A stretch of 64,000 bases of DNA from a bacterium (GCA_963674695.2 CAXXGI010000002.1:352001-416000); one strand, 5' to 3'. Numbered from the stretch's first letter, positions 19,994 to 29,912 are shown. Notes: generated by a model from the letters alone, not told the origin. A program made the numbers and translations.

Positions 19994-21718
19994 CTATTTT
20001 CCAAACGGATACATCTCGATCGTGTTCACCGCCGAACAGAGGATTCCCATCTTGCGATAGGTTTGCACCATACGATTGCTGATTGGATCGATGAGGATTC
20101 GCGCGATACACGCCTCGCGTGCACGCTTCCCTCCTGATTCGCGCACGCTTCCCGAACGGAGATCGACGAGTGCGCCGTCGAGTTCGTTGACGATCTTGAG
20201 CAGCATGAGCTTTGAGCCACGGTGCCGGTAGAACTCGGCATAGTTCGGTCCCAGCCTTCGGTTGATGACCTGCTGTTCCATCTCGCCGAGCGACGCGAGG
20301 GTTTTGGCCGACTGTGCATTCTTGGCGCTCTGTTGTTGACGGTACATCTGCGATTCGAAGGCCGCCGTCTGTGCAGCAGAAGTATAGCTGCGCGAACCGT
20401 CCGAATATTCCTTCCAGGCCTGTTTGGCGCCCGGCGCGCTCCCTTGAAAATTGGAGAGCGCCACCGACATCGCCGCCTGCTTGAGTTTTTGAATCTCGAT
20501 GATCGGATCGATGAATCCCGTCTGCTCCCAGGCCTGCGCGCCATCGGCGATGGAAAAGGCGATGGCCCCTTCAAAACCGAGGAGAACGACCTTGTCGTTC
20601 ATCTGCCGCAGTGCATCGATGGAGCGGAAGAAGCCCTTGTCGATCTCCGTGCGATAGCGCTCGCTTCCTGTGGCCAGGTCGAGGCCGATGAGGTGACGAT
20701 CGGCCGGCTGCGCGACGACGTTGCCGAACACCGCCACGCCGCGCGGCGGCAGGCCGTACTTCTTCGCTTTGTGTTTGACGCTCGTCTGCCAGCGCACTTT
20801 GCCGGTGGCGATGTCGAATGCGGCGAGGAAGACCTCCTTCTTGGAGGCAAGGCTCGCAACGATGCTGCCGTCCGACCAGACGATGCCGTTGGGATGCTCC
20901 GCTTTCGCAAGCACATGTTGCCATGTGAGTCCCGTTTCGGAGGAAAAGAAGGCGATACCGTTGCCGCGCATCACCGCTGCCCCGCCCGGGCCGAAGACCC
21001 AGGAGGATCCGTTCCCGCTCGTGAGATTCAGTTCGCTCGACCAGGCGAGTTTTCCATTCGCGGCTTCAACGCGTGCGCCGCGGCCGCCGGCGGCCCACCA
21101 GACGCTCCCCTCGTTCACCGCGAGTTCACCGCCGAAGGCATCGACGGCGCCTTGGATGTTGCCGATCGGTGTCGACCAACGCTGTGCGCCGTTCTTGAGA
21201 TCGATCGAGACCATGGTCGCGGGATAGGCCTTCTCCGTTGCCAACGGCCATTCGTAGGGCAGCATGACCATGATGAGTTCGTTCGAATCCGGGAGAGAGA
21301 GCGTTGAGGCCGGGATGCCGTTCATCGGATAGCGCCAGAGCTCCGCTCCGCTCTTCACAATCGCGCGCAGCGTGAGGCCGGAGCCGCCCACCTCCATGAT
21401 GACGGCCTGCGGGCTGTCGGCGATCAGCGCGGTCTTGGCCTCCGGTCCTTGCCAGAAGACGTTGCCCGCATAATCGAGAAGCGCGCGCGTGCGCGGCGAC
21501 TTCTTGCTCCTGCCGTCGCGCGCAACGGCGTGCAGCAGCCCCGCGGGCGTCATCTCGAGGCGCATGACGGGACCAGGGAACGTATGCGACCAGAGCATCT
21601 TCGCCTCGATCGCATTGCGCTCTGCCTTCGTGCGTTTCTTGGCGATAAGATCAGGGGAGAAGAGTGTGATCGCCAGCGTGGTGATCAAGAGAAGGGGAAG
21701 ATAACGATGATGGTTCAT
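19994..21718 (-). CDS. Secreted PQQ-binding-like beta-propeller repeat protein
   Basis: Signal peptide; repeated AxDxxTGxxxW motifs. Confidence 0.8.
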   Translation of the reverse strand: MNHHRYLPLLLITTLAITLFSPDLIAKKRTKAERNAIEAKMLWSHTFPGPVMRLEMTPAGLLHAVARDGRSKKSPRTRALLDYAGNVFWQGPEAKTALIADSPQAVIMEVGGSGLTLRAIVKSGAELWRYPMNGIPASTLSLPDSNELIMVMLPYEWPLATEKAYPATMVSIDLKNGAQRWSTPIGNIQGAVDAFGGELAVNEGSVWWAAGGRGARVEAANGKLAWSSELNLTSGNGSSWVFGPGGAAVMRGNGIAFFSSETGLTWQHVLAKAEHPNGIVWSDGSIVASLASKKEVFLAAFDIATGKVRWQTSVKHKAKKYGLPPRGVAVFGNVVAQPADRHLIGLDLATGSERYRTEIDKGFFRSIDALRQMNDKVVLLGFEGAIAFSIADGAQAWEQTGFIDPIIEIQKLKQAAMSVALSNFQGSAPGAKQAWKEYSDGSRSYTSAAQTAAFESQMYRQQQSAKNAQSAKTLASLGEMEQQVINRRLGPNYAEFYRHRGSKLMLLKIVNELDGALVDLRSGSVRESGGKRAREACIARILIDPISNRMVQTYRKMGILCSAVNTIEMYPFGK

Positions 21719-21779
21719 GGTGTCTCCCGGTTAAAGCGGCGTGTATGCGGAGCCCTCTTTTTCGCAGAATGGAAGGGGT

Positions 21780-21941
21780 TTAGCAAGGACGCTTGAGCGG
21801 TGCGGGCTTTTCCCCCGCCATGAGTCCCAGCCAGAAAGCGCTGAAAGCATTGGCGAAGAGGTGGACGCGCGCGATCGATCCCAGTGCGCTGCCGAGGACA
21901 ACGCAGATGATGAAGGGCGTGTAGGTCTTGATTCTCCTCAT
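21780..21941 (-). pseudogene. Fused remnant of crcB1 5' end and crcB2 3' end (53-codon ORF)
   Basis: MRRIKTYTPFIICVVLGSALGSIARVHLFA resembles the N-terminus of 26307-26708; AFWLGLMAG resembles the C-terminus of 25945-26310; nucleotide similarity is visible; ATGA overlap with the MEDS gene stop. Confidence 0.8.
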
Positions 21942-23629
21942 ACCCCGAACTTCAACGGCCGCCCGAGTTCCGCGAGGAGCGCGTTGATCTCATGCTTCAT
22001 TTCGATGATGCGCGTCTCGCGCCCGAGCATGAAGCGGTTGAGCTTCTCGACCATGTTCAGCTGGCGGGCGAGGTTCTCGACGGCCACATGCCGGGCCTCC
22101 TCTGCCCCCAGCGCGCCGGCGAGCACCCCCAGGGCGTCGAGCTCACCCTGCACCGGTTCATGCGCGTCCTGATAGACGACGCACAGCGATCCGATGTGCT
22201 TGGATTCCAGGCGAACGACCTGACCGATGTAGGTCTGCAGACCATACTTCCTCACGTTGGGATCGGTCTCCGCGTAGGGCGAGTCCTGAAGGTTGCAAAT
22301 GATGAGGCGTCCTTCGGGAACCCCCTGGATCACGTCGTAGCAGATGTGTCCCTCCGGTTTGTCCCGCGGGTTGAAATCGGCAGGTTCGTTCCACATCCCG
22401 ACGGAGCAGAGCAGGTTTCCCCCCAGCCGGTTATAGAGGGCGCAGGCGCTGCCCATGATTTCGCCGGCGGCCTTGGTGATGGCGTTCACGTTCTTCTCGT
22501 AGTTCGATCCCAAGCCCATGAGGCACGCGTTGACTGCGACCATGCGCTCCTCCGCGCGACGGCGAGCGGTAATGTCCTGAAAGGTTCCGCCGACCCTCGT
22601 CGTCTTTCCGTTCTCCTGATATGCCTTCCCGATGGCGTGGATCCAGCGCTTTCGCCCCGTTGCTGTGATGATTTCGAGTTCCAAGTCAAATGGCTCGCCC
22701 TCGTCGATGGTGCGCCGAACGGCCTGTTCGATGAGTGGCCGTGAGGAAGGCACGTAGAACGCGATGCCCTTCTCCACGGTTGGTTCGTAATCTTCACTCA
22801 CCTCGTGGATACGGTAGGTCTCTTTCGTCCACGTCTGCTTGTTCGTGGCGACGTCGAATTTCCATCCACCGACGGACGCCATCGCGCCCATCTCGGTGAG
22901 GAGGGTCTCGCGCTGTTCGATCTCGCGCTGCAATCGCGTGTGTTCCCGGAGCGATTGGATCCAGCGGGCCAAAATCTCATTCGACGTGTGGGGGCCGAGC
23001 ATGTCGGCGGGCGGAACGAAATAGAAGTTCTCGTAGAGTTCGATGCCGATGATGGCCAGCGGATGCGTGTTGAGCACCTGGAGCAGAATCTCGGCATCGA
23101 AGCGACGCCGATCGTACTGGCAGACGGCCAGGCTCTTGCTTCCGGGAAAGAAATCGTTGAGCTTGGCCTCGTACTCGATGAGGCGCTCCGATCCGGCGCA
23201 CCCCTTCAGGGCCCAGCTCATCTCGCCCGTGATCCGCAGCGCCGTGCACCCGTCTTCCAGCGCTCGCTTCTCCTCCGAGCGCAGCAGCGCGATCATCCGA
23301 TCCGGATCGAAATCGCCCTCCCGCAGATAGGCCTCGTCCGCGGTAAGGAGCACGAGCCGACCGTTCTCCAGGAAGGGGGCCGGATCCAGGCCGTCGGAGC
23401 GCAGATACTCGAGGATCGCCTCGGCCGTCCGCTGATCGGTGACGTAGAGGACCCGTTCTCCGCGCTCCAGCCCCGTGCGAATGTACGGTGTCAGCACCGC
23501 GCGGTGCTCATCATCCGTCTCGTAGATGATGCAGAGATGATCGCCCGCCTCGATGCCCTGGACCAGGGCGACCGTGTTTGCGGCGCTGTCCGCACCATGC
23601 TCCATGCACGTCCGTTGTTTCTTGCCCAT
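21938..23629 (-). CDS. MEDS-PAS-GAF sensor protein with short C-terminal coiled coil and no catalytic output domain
   Basis: DHLCIIYE...LRITGEMSWAL...YEAKLN...CQYD (MEDS); PAS/PAC (GGTFQDIT); GAF; ends GRETRIIEMKHEINALL. Confidence 0.85.
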   Translation of the reverse strand: MGKKQRTCMEHGADSAANTVALVQGIEAGDHLCIIYETDDEHRAVLTPYIRTGLERGERVLYVTDQRTAEAILEYLRSDGLDPAPFLENGRLVLLTADEAYLREGDFDPDRMIALLRSEEKRALEDGCTALRITGEMSWALKGCAGSERLIEYEAKLNDFFPGSKSLAVCQYDRRRFDAEILLQVLNTHPLAIIGIELYENFYFVPPADMLGPHTSNEILARWIQSLREHTRLQREIEQRETLLTEMGAMASVGGWKFDVATNKQTWTKETYRIHEVSEDYEPTVEKGIAFYVPSSRPLIEQAVRRTIDEGEPFDLELEIITATGRKRWIHAIGKAYQENGKTTRVGGTFQDITARRRAEERMVAVNACLMGLGSNYEKNVNAITKAAGEIMGSACALYNRLGGNLLCSVGMWNEPADFNPRDKPEGHICYDVIQGVPEGRLIICNLQDSPYAETDPNVRKYGLQTYIGQVVRLESKHIGSLCVVYQDAHEPVQGELDALGVLAGALGAEEARHVAVENLARQLNMVEKLNRFMLGRETRIIEMKHEINALLAELGRPLKFGV

Positions 23630-23659
23630 ATGGACCCCCCGGAGTTTCTGCCGAATCCT

Positions 23660-23829
23660 TCATGCGGCCACCGATATGCCCTCGTCCTCGTGGACAAAGC
23701 TCGTGATGATGGAGTTGCCGGACTTCTCGTCGAACTTGAGCTGAAGCAGTTTTCGCGTCTGGGCCTCTTCGAACAATTTGCTGAACGAATGTGACCAAGA
23801 AGCTATCTCAAAATCTAACCGTCGTCCAT
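23660..23829 (-). pseudogene. Internally deleted remnant of a second NYN/OST-HTH gene
   Basis: SFSKLFEEAQTRKLLQLKFDEKSGNSIITSFVHED is nearly identical to the C-terminus of 16365-17183; a degenerate DFE-IA-LG N-terminal motif lies just upstream. Confidence 0.8.
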
Positions 23830-23843
23830 GGCTGTCTTTTTCG

Positions 23844-23947
23844 TCACAAAGAAGCGGATTCGAATATTCGTCTCGGATTTTCGACCGTCATCGTCCGGAT
23901 CTGTGCGTCGCATCGACGGGCCCCAAGACGGTGTGGACCAGAGACAT
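23844..23947 (-). pseudogene. Internally deleted phosphotriesterase-family gene remnant
   Basis: G-rich RBS and MSLVHTVLGPVDA (PTE-like N-terminus) joined out of frame to DAQIRTMTVENPRRIFESASL* (PTE-like C-terminus). Confidence 0.65.
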
Positions 23948-24097
23948 GGATTCCCCCCTTTCTTTGGCGATCGACAGGGAACGCTGCATTGTGCCCGACG
24001 CTGCTTCTGTTTTTAATCGTATTGCATTCGAGAGGTGAACGTTCTGGTTTGAGTTTCACCAGGGTGTATAGCGGGCGAGTGAATGCGGGTTGGATAC

Positions 24098-24134
24098 AAG
24101 AAACGAGCGCGGGATCTCCGCGCTCGTTTCTTTT
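24098..24134. terminator. Intrinsic terminator
   Basis: AAGAAACGAGCGCGG-GATCT-CCGCGCTCGTTTCTT perfect 15-bp stem with A/T tails. Confidence 0.8.
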
Positions 24135-24154
24135 GATTCCTGCCAATCGGTGGT

Positions 24155-24592
24155 CTACTTCTCCTCGATGATCTTGGAGGAAAATTCGTATCCCTTTTTC
24201 GTGGGCGTGATGGCAAGCTCGGCCGAATAGGTGATCGTTCGGCAGGTGGTGTCATAGCGCACCTTCGATGGCTCCTTCGGCATTATGTCGAACATTGCCT
24301 GAATCGGTTCGCGCCGAGGCGGAATGACCTCGGTCTCACAGATCTCGCGGTCCTGTTTTCCCTGGAGCGTTTTGTTGATCCCCTTGAGCTGGGCGAGCAG
24401 GGCGTCCAACGCCTTGGCGTCGAAGGGCGTCTTCATCCAGGCCTTTCGAATGCCGAGATCCTTGAGCGCTTGGTTGGCCAGGCGCACTTCATCCCTGTTG
24501 AACGAATCATTTCCTTTGATGGTCTCGAGGTCCGTCAGCGCTGTTCGCACATCCAGACGCGGAAGAGCAATTTTCGTCACAGTGTCGACCAT
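24155..24592 (-). CDS. Hypothetical orphan protein
   Basis: AGGAGG RBS before MVDTVTKIALP; followed by a terminator. Confidence 0.75.
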   Translation of the reverse strand: MVDTVTKIALPRLDVRTALTDLETIKGNDSFNRDEVRLANQALKDLGIRKAWMKTPFDAKALDALLAQLKGINKTLQGKQDREICETEVIPPRREPIQAMFDIMPKEPSKVRYDTTCRTITYSAELAITPTKKGYEFSSKIIEEK

Positions 24593-24666
24593 GGTTGTCC
24601 TCCTTCTGATGGAGATGGTGTGTGTGAACACGTTGTTTCTCTGCAGAGGACAGAGCCTAGGACGAG

Positions 24667-24692
24667 GGTCGGCCAGGGCGCAAGCGTTTTGT
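24667..24692 (-). promoter_or_regulatory. Sigma28-like promoter, weaker variant
   Basis: Minus strand ACAAAACG-N11-GCCGACC upstream of the 24592 ATG. Confidence 0.4.
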
Positions 24693-25035
24693 CTAAATGG
24701 CGAACGGAATCGAGGACGGGACGGAAGCTGACCCTCAATGCACAAACAGGCACGATCGAGCGATCGTCCGTCGGGGGGCCTTTACTTGCAGATGACGAAA
24801 AAACGATAGACGGGCGCTTCGCGGGAGAATTCGTCCACCACGCCGCACTGTATCTGTGGGAGGTAGTCCTGCACCTTTGTCGCATAGGTTTTGGCGTCCG
24901 CCTTCTCTGCAAAGCGGTTGGCGCCGAAGACGCTCTGGGCAGATCGTCGAGCTGCACGGCGGCCGCGTCGAGGGTCGGAGACAAACAATAGGGATATCGT
25001 TGCAAAAACGAAATGTCCCATCGTCGTATTTGTCC

Positions 25036-25062
25036 GCAACTTTTTTCGCACAAGAGCGATAA
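25036..25062 (+). promoter_or_regulatory. Sigma28-like promoter, copy 2
   Basis: GCAACTTT-N11-AGCGATAA, ending 6 nt before ATG 25069. Confidence 0.6.
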
Positions 25063-25068
25063 GGCGAT

Positions 25069-25923
25069 ATGTCTTTTTTAACGACGCTATCGTTGGCGGA
25101 TGTATGTGCCTTTCCGATTGAGGTGTTTCACCCGTTCGGCTCGTCTCCGACCGATGAGGTGCCCGAGTCGTCGATCGACGATGAGGCATCGGCTTTTGAA
25201 ACCGCCGTCGACATGCGCGAGGCGCTTATCGGAGATGAACGATACGCTTCCCAGCTCTTTTCATCGCCGCAGGTGCTCTCCTGGGCGATCGATCAAGCCG
25301 TGAGGCCCCCGCCCACCGTCGCCCATCGGGATCATCCCGAGCGGGATCGGCGTGCCCATTTTGCATCGAGCCTTATCGACGACGCTCTCGAGATGGCACA
25401 GGGTGAATACCGCATGGAGCGATTGCGCGCTTTTCATCGGCTGATGACCTTCGATCTCGAGCCCACCGTCTCCGTCATCGAAGTCGGTGCCGGCGATCAC
25501 ATCGAAGGCGCGATCGATCTGGCACGGTTGGGCTATGACGTATCGCTCGTTGAGCTGAGGACACATTGTGATGTCTATCGCTTTCTCAAAGAACATCTTC
25601 TGCCGGGCGAGCTGGCGCGTCATCTTCATCCCACGGATCCCTATGATCAGATACAGTCGGATATCGTCTATTTTTCGATGCCATTTTTCCCCTCGGATCC
25701 GAATGGGGTCACTTTTCGAAAATACTGTCGGCCGCCGAGCCTTGAGCGCCGAGGCGGAAGGGTGATCGTCGATACGGATCTCTATAGTGATCTGGAAGAG
25801 TTCTTTCCTCCGTGCGACTGGAAATTATTGTTGAAGATGCGGGGGAGCTTGCGATTGTTCCTGAGCGGCATTCCGGCGCCGTCCTCCCACTGTTTTTTCT
25901 ATATCTTCGAACGCATCCGTTAG
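25069..25923 (+). CDS. Hypothetical protein with SAM-methyltransferase-like motif and long N-terminal leader
   Basis: VIEVGAGD...LARLGYDVSLVE motif I/II pattern. Confidence 0.65.
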   Translation: MSFLTTLSLADVCAFPIEVFHPFGSSPTDEVPESSIDDEASAFETAVDMREALIGDERYASQLFSSPQVLSWAIDQAVRPPPTVAHRDHPERDRRAHFASSLIDDALEMAQGEYRMERLRAFHRLMTFDLEPTVSVIEVGAGDHIEGAIDLARLGYDVSLVELRTHCDVYRFLKEHLLPGELARHLHPTDPYDQIQSDIVYFSMPFFPSDPNGVTFRKYCRPPSLERRGGRVIVDTDLYSDLEEFFPPCDWKLLLKMRGSLRLFLSGIPAPSSHCFFYIFERIR

Positions 25924-25944
25924 GAAAATCTGATCCGCATCGCG

Positions 25945-26310
25945 TTATCCCCCTGCGATGAGTCCCAGCCAGAAGGCGCCCAAGCAGACCACCAGGTTGA
26001 GAACGATGTTGGCGCAGGCCTTCGCGCTGTGTCCGGTGTGCAGGAGACGGAGGGTCTGAAAGCTGAAGGCGGAAAACGTGGTGAATCCGCCGCAAAAGCC
26101 GACGGCGATGAGCTCTTCGTTCAGGCTCGGTGCGCCTCCCGTATCGCCGGCGGCGTGCGCGATGATGAATCCGAGGAGCATCGAGCCCAGGGCGTTGACG
26201 AGGAAGGTCGCCCACGGAAAGTGGCTGTCGCAGTGCCGCGCGAGCACGGCGCGTGCGACCGCACCCATGGCCCCGCCCGCGGCGGTGAGCATCGTCTGCG
26301 TGACGATCAT
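25945..26310 (-). CDS. crcB: Fluoride channel Fluc/CrcB, second copy
   Basis: GGAMGAVAR, FPWATFLVN and GFCGGFTTFSAF. Confidence 0.92.
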   Translation of the reverse strand: MIVTQTMLTAAGGAMGAVARAVLARHCDSHFPWATFLVNALGSMLLGFIIAHAAGDTGGAPSLNEELIAVGFCGGFTTFSAFSFQTLRLLHTGHSAKACANIVLNLVVCLGAFWLGLIAGG

Positions 26311-26708
26311 CGCCGCCTCCGCTTCAGGTGCGGCAGTTTCGCGGCAAGGGCGACGCCGGCCGCAACCGCGATGAGGGTGACGATCAGCGAGAGCGCGATG
26401 TTCGCAAATGCCTGGAGGTGCAGGCCCTGTTCGATGAGCATCACCGTCTGATACGAAAAATGCGAGAGCGTGGTGAACCCTCCGCAGAAGCCGATGGCGG
26501 CAAAGGTGATGATGTGATGATGGACGTGCCCGTCATGTTCCAAAACGAATCCGATGAGAAAAGCGCCGAGGACATTGACGATGAGCGTCGGCACCCAGGG
26601 TAAGGGGCTGGGCAGGATGGCGAAGAGGTGGACGCGCGCGACCGACCCCAGTGCGCCGCCGAGGGCGACGCAGATGATGAAGAGCGTGTAGGTTTTTAAA
26701 CGCTTCAT
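26307..26708 (-). CDS. crcB: Fluoride channel Fluc/CrcB, first copy (tandem pair, probable heterodimer)
   Basis: GGALGSVAR, PTLIVN and GFCGGFTTLSHF; ATGA overlap with the second copy. Confidence 0.9.
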   Translation of the reverse strand: MKRLKTYTLFIICVALGGALGSVARVHLFAILPSPLPWVPTLIVNVLGAFLIGFVLEHDGHVHHHIITFAAIGFCGGFTTLSHFSYQTVMLIEQGLHLQAFANIALSLIVTLIAVAAGVALAAKLPHLKRRRR

Positions 26709-26883
26709 GCTTCTTCGTTTACACCGTGCCGATCGTGAAAAACAAGCCAAATAGAAGCACTATTTATAGTTGCATAAGTGACATTATGAGAAACAACGCT
26801 TACATTTCTTTGTTTCGCATATCTCTTCCTTGAATCACTCCGACGGTGGTGGTACACACCGTCTCTCACAATGGGAGGCGACA

Positions 26884-28707
26884 ATGAAAATGAACGCGAT
26901 GAATGAAGTGAAAGTGTTCGGAGTGGTGTTGATGCTTGTCCTGGCGATGAGCGCCTGCGTTGGGTCGGGGTCGAGCGACGCGCTCACCATCTATGGTACG
27001 ACGGGTTCGACGGTATCTGCGTCGGATGCGGCAACGAGTGCCGTCAAGGCAGGGCAGTGGGGAAGCCAGGGGGTCGGTGCGCCGACGTCGGTCAAGATCA
27101 GGTTGTACGCGGTTTATCTCGGGGCTTCGAACGATTGCTCCGATGTCGATCTGGTCACCCCCGTGCAGGATTATGGTGCGGACGGACAGGAGTTCGACCT
27201 TGCAGTGGAAACGCCCGAGATCGCTAGTGGCAACCCGGCGGCCGGGGAATACAACTGCATGATTATGAAGATGAGCAGCGTGATCTCCTTCACGCCGGAT
27301 GAAATCGCTGCTGGAGCCTATTCGAGCTGTACGCAACAGGAACACCAGTTTCCGTTGGCGCGTGCGGGAGATGGTGAATATCTCGACCTCGTTGGCAACG
27401 CCATTACCTACGAGAGCACGCTGCTCAATCCGGTTGCGCAGACGCTGTACATCTTTGCCAGCACAGACACGACGCAGATTCCTGATACGAGAGCTGGTGT
27501 TTATCAGCGTCTGGCTATGGCCGAGGCCCTCACGGTTCCGGGCAGCAGCTATTTCATCATGAACTTCGACGATCGCATCGAGGAAATGAACAACGCGGAA
27601 ACGGGAGATCAGCCGCTGTGTACGCTGGAGTCGCCGCAGATGGGTTTTTCCGATACGTCGTCCGTCGATTCCATCAAGTCCTGGTTTGATGCTGGTAGTG
27701 CAGTGCTCACTACGGAGGGAACGTCTGTGATTGACCTCGATGCATCGAGCGAATCGCTCTTTGCCATGTTTCGGACGGATGGTGGAGATATCGGTGTGAA
27801 GAGCACAGAGGTGCGCGGCGGTGCAGAATGGACGGATATGGCCTTTGTTACCAGTGGGTCGGCGGGGATTGCCGCCGCGATGAGCGTGTATGACGACAAG
27901 CCGTTGGTCGGCTACCATCGGCAGTCGCCCATTCCTTCGCTTATCTTCAGTCGCGGGGATGGAGGGAATTCCTGGGATGATTTTAGCACGAACATCGAAG
28001 GCATCACCGCACCCAGCGTGTTGCGAATCGTCAACGATGGCACTTATTTTTACGCCGCATCCGTTGACAATACCGCCAATCGTGCGGTGACGGTCTATCG
28101 GATCAGCGTCGATGCAACGGAGGCGGATGGGTGGACCAGGCTTGGTGCGGGGACGGTTGCTGATACGACACAGTCGCTCTTTGGCATCGGAGCTTATAAC
28201 GAGTATGTGTATCTGGCGGAGACCTCCGATGGCATCAAGGTGCAGCAGTATGATCCCGCTGCGGGGACCTGGTCACAACTGGGAGCGGCGATTAGCACCG
28301 AAACGCCGGAATCGATTTCACTCGCGATTGTCGCGGAGACGCCCTACGTTGCCTATACGATGCCGACGTCCAATGCCATCGCGATCGTTTGCTATGATGC
28401 AGTCGCTGGCACATGGGGCGCGGTCGGAGCGACGGATATTGCAACCGTTCAAGCGACGAGCGCAAAGATTGATGGAAGTGGAGCTACGCCCTTTTTGGGA
28501 TATATCGATACCGGGAACAGCAATGTTATGAGGGCGTTGCGGTATCAGACGGATGCGTGGCTGGGTTTAGAGAGTTCGACGATTGCTTCCAACGCGACGG
28601 TTATCAATGATTTTATCGCCTACAGCGGTATTCCCTACGTGGCGTATGAAAGCTCCAGCGATGGGCAGACCGCGAGTTATGTGAAAAAATTTACGACGTC
28701 GCAGTAG
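26884..28707 (+). CDS. Lipoprotein with C-terminal beta-propeller-like repeats
   Basis: Lipobox MSAC; repeated PYVAY and W..LG units; acidic and Ser/Thr rich. Confidence 0.75.
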   Translation: MKMNAMNEVKVFGVVLMLVLAMSACVGSGSSDALTIYGTTGSTVSASDAATSAVKAGQWGSQGVGAPTSVKIRLYAVYLGASNDCSDVDLVTPVQDYGADGQEFDLAVETPEIASGNPAAGEYNCMIMKMSSVISFTPDEIAAGAYSSCTQQEHQFPLARAGDGEYLDLVGNAITYESTLLNPVAQTLYIFASTDTTQIPDTRAGVYQRLAMAEALTVPGSSYFIMNFDDRIEEMNNAETGDQPLCTLESPQMGFSDTSSVDSIKSWFDAGSAVLTTEGTSVIDLDASSESLFAMFRTDGGDIGVKSTEVRGGAEWTDMAFVTSGSAGIAAAMSVYDDKPLVGYHRQSPIPSLIFSRGDGGNSWDDFSTNIEGITAPSVLRIVNDGTYFYAASVDNTANRAVTVYRISVDATEADGWTRLGAGTVADTTQSLFGIGAYNEYVYLAETSDGIKVQQYDPAAGTWSQLGAAISTETPESISLAIVAETPYVAYTMPTSNAIAIVCYDAVAGTWGAVGATDIATVQATSAKIDGSGATPFLGYIDTGNSNVMRALRYQTDAWLGLESSTIASNATVINDFIAYSGIPYVAYESSSDGQTASYVKKFTTSQ

Positions 28708-28730
28708 GCGATCGTATGCTCTGAATATAC

Positions 28731-28760
28731 AAGCGGGGGGCGCATGCCTCCCGCTTTTCT
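28731..28760 (+). terminator. Intrinsic terminator
   Basis: AAGCGGG-GGGCGCATGCCT-CCCGCTTTT. Confidence 0.65.
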
Positions 28761-28838
28761 TATGAAGTGAGGATGATTGTCCGTGACGGAAAGGCGTGGT
28801 ACAAGGGGGGGCGGGTATCACAAGCCGCATACAGGAGT

Positions 28839-29888
28839 ATGCCCATGAATCGTATTATACTTCTCATCATCGTATGTGTGTTGCTCTGTACAGCGTCGGC
28901 TTTTGCCGACGACACTGCCTTCGGTGGCGAAGGGGCTTCCCCCATGCCGATCGATACGGCGGATGTCGTGTTCGTCGATGAGAAGGTCGTGATTCGGGGA
29001 AAGGGAATCGATGATGCGAAGGCGGAGAGCCTCTGGGAGGTCACCTGCGATTTCACCTTTCGCAACGATTCGGATCAGCCCGTATCGCTCACGATGGGGT
29101 TCCCCTTTCCGGCCGTTCAGGAAGACGGCGCGGTCGCGCTCCCGAAGGGCGTGGCGCGAAAACTCGGCGCGCCGCTGGTCTATGATTTCAGCGTGACCAT
29201 CGACGGGAAGGCAGTTCAGGCGCAGAAGAAGAAGATCGCCCCCAACTCGAGCCGCGAGCTCTATTATACCGATGCCTATCTCTGGGACGTCGCGTTCAAG
29301 CCGAAGGAGACCGTTCGCATTCATCACCGCTATACGACGGGTGTGACCTACGACGTGATGGGATATGTCTGGGCCTCCTATGTCCTCAAGACCGGTGGGA
29401 TGTGGAAGGGGGGCACGATCGGGCATGCTCGGCTCGAGGTCATCCCTGGCATCCTGGCCAAGCCCTGTACGGAACTCGGCGGGGATTCGGTCGCGTATAT
29501 CAAGACGACGCCGAAGGGGATGCAGAAGAAGGGGAACGGGATCGGCCAGATGTATATCTGGGATCTCAAGGCCTTTCGTCCGCAAAAGGATCTCAGCCTC
29601 TGTCTGCTGCCGGCCAAGGATTACGTGCGTCGTCAGATCGTGTATCGCTATTCCTACGAGCTCGAGGCGGAGAAGGAATTGCAGAAGAAGAGCCCCAAGG
29701 AGTTGCGCCTCCTGCGCAACACGGTCTTCGCTCAATATGGACGCCGCTTCAAGGACTCCGCGCTGCAGAAATACTTCGATGCGCAGTGGTGGTACGTGCC
29801 CAACCCCCACTATAATGATACGATGTTGTCGACCGAGGACAAGGAGCTGATCGCCCTCATCGCACGCGTGGAGAAGAAACGACGGTGA
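28839..29888 (+). CDS. Secreted DUF4424-like plus YARHG domain protein
   Basis: Signal peptide; FTFRN, YVLKTGGMWKGGTIG; C-terminal LRLLRNTVFAQYGRRF...LQKYF...WY. Confidence 0.8.
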   Translation: MPMNRIILLIIVCVLLCTASAFADDTAFGGEGASPMPIDTADVVFVDEKVVIRGKGIDDAKAESLWEVTCDFTFRNDSDQPVSLTMGFPFPAVQEDGAVALPKGVARKLGAPLVYDFSVTIDGKAVQAQKKKIAPNSSRELYYTDAYLWDVAFKPKETVRIHHRYTTGVTYDVMGYVWASYVLKTGGMWKGGTIGHARLEVIPGILAKPCTELGGDSVAYIKTTPKGMQKKGNGIGQMYIWDLKAFRPQKDLSLCLLPAKDYVRRQIVYRYSYELEAEKELQKKSPKELRLLRNTVFAQYGRRFKDSALQKYFDAQWWYVPNPHYNDTMLSTEDKELIALIARVEKKRR

Positions 29889-29912
29889 GACACACAAGGG
29901 AGAGGAGATTCT

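Noticed and set aside
26709-26830. Fluoride riboswitch upstream of the crcB pair
   Set aside because: No GGxGATG...GTTCxCC-like aptamer core is visible on the minus strand
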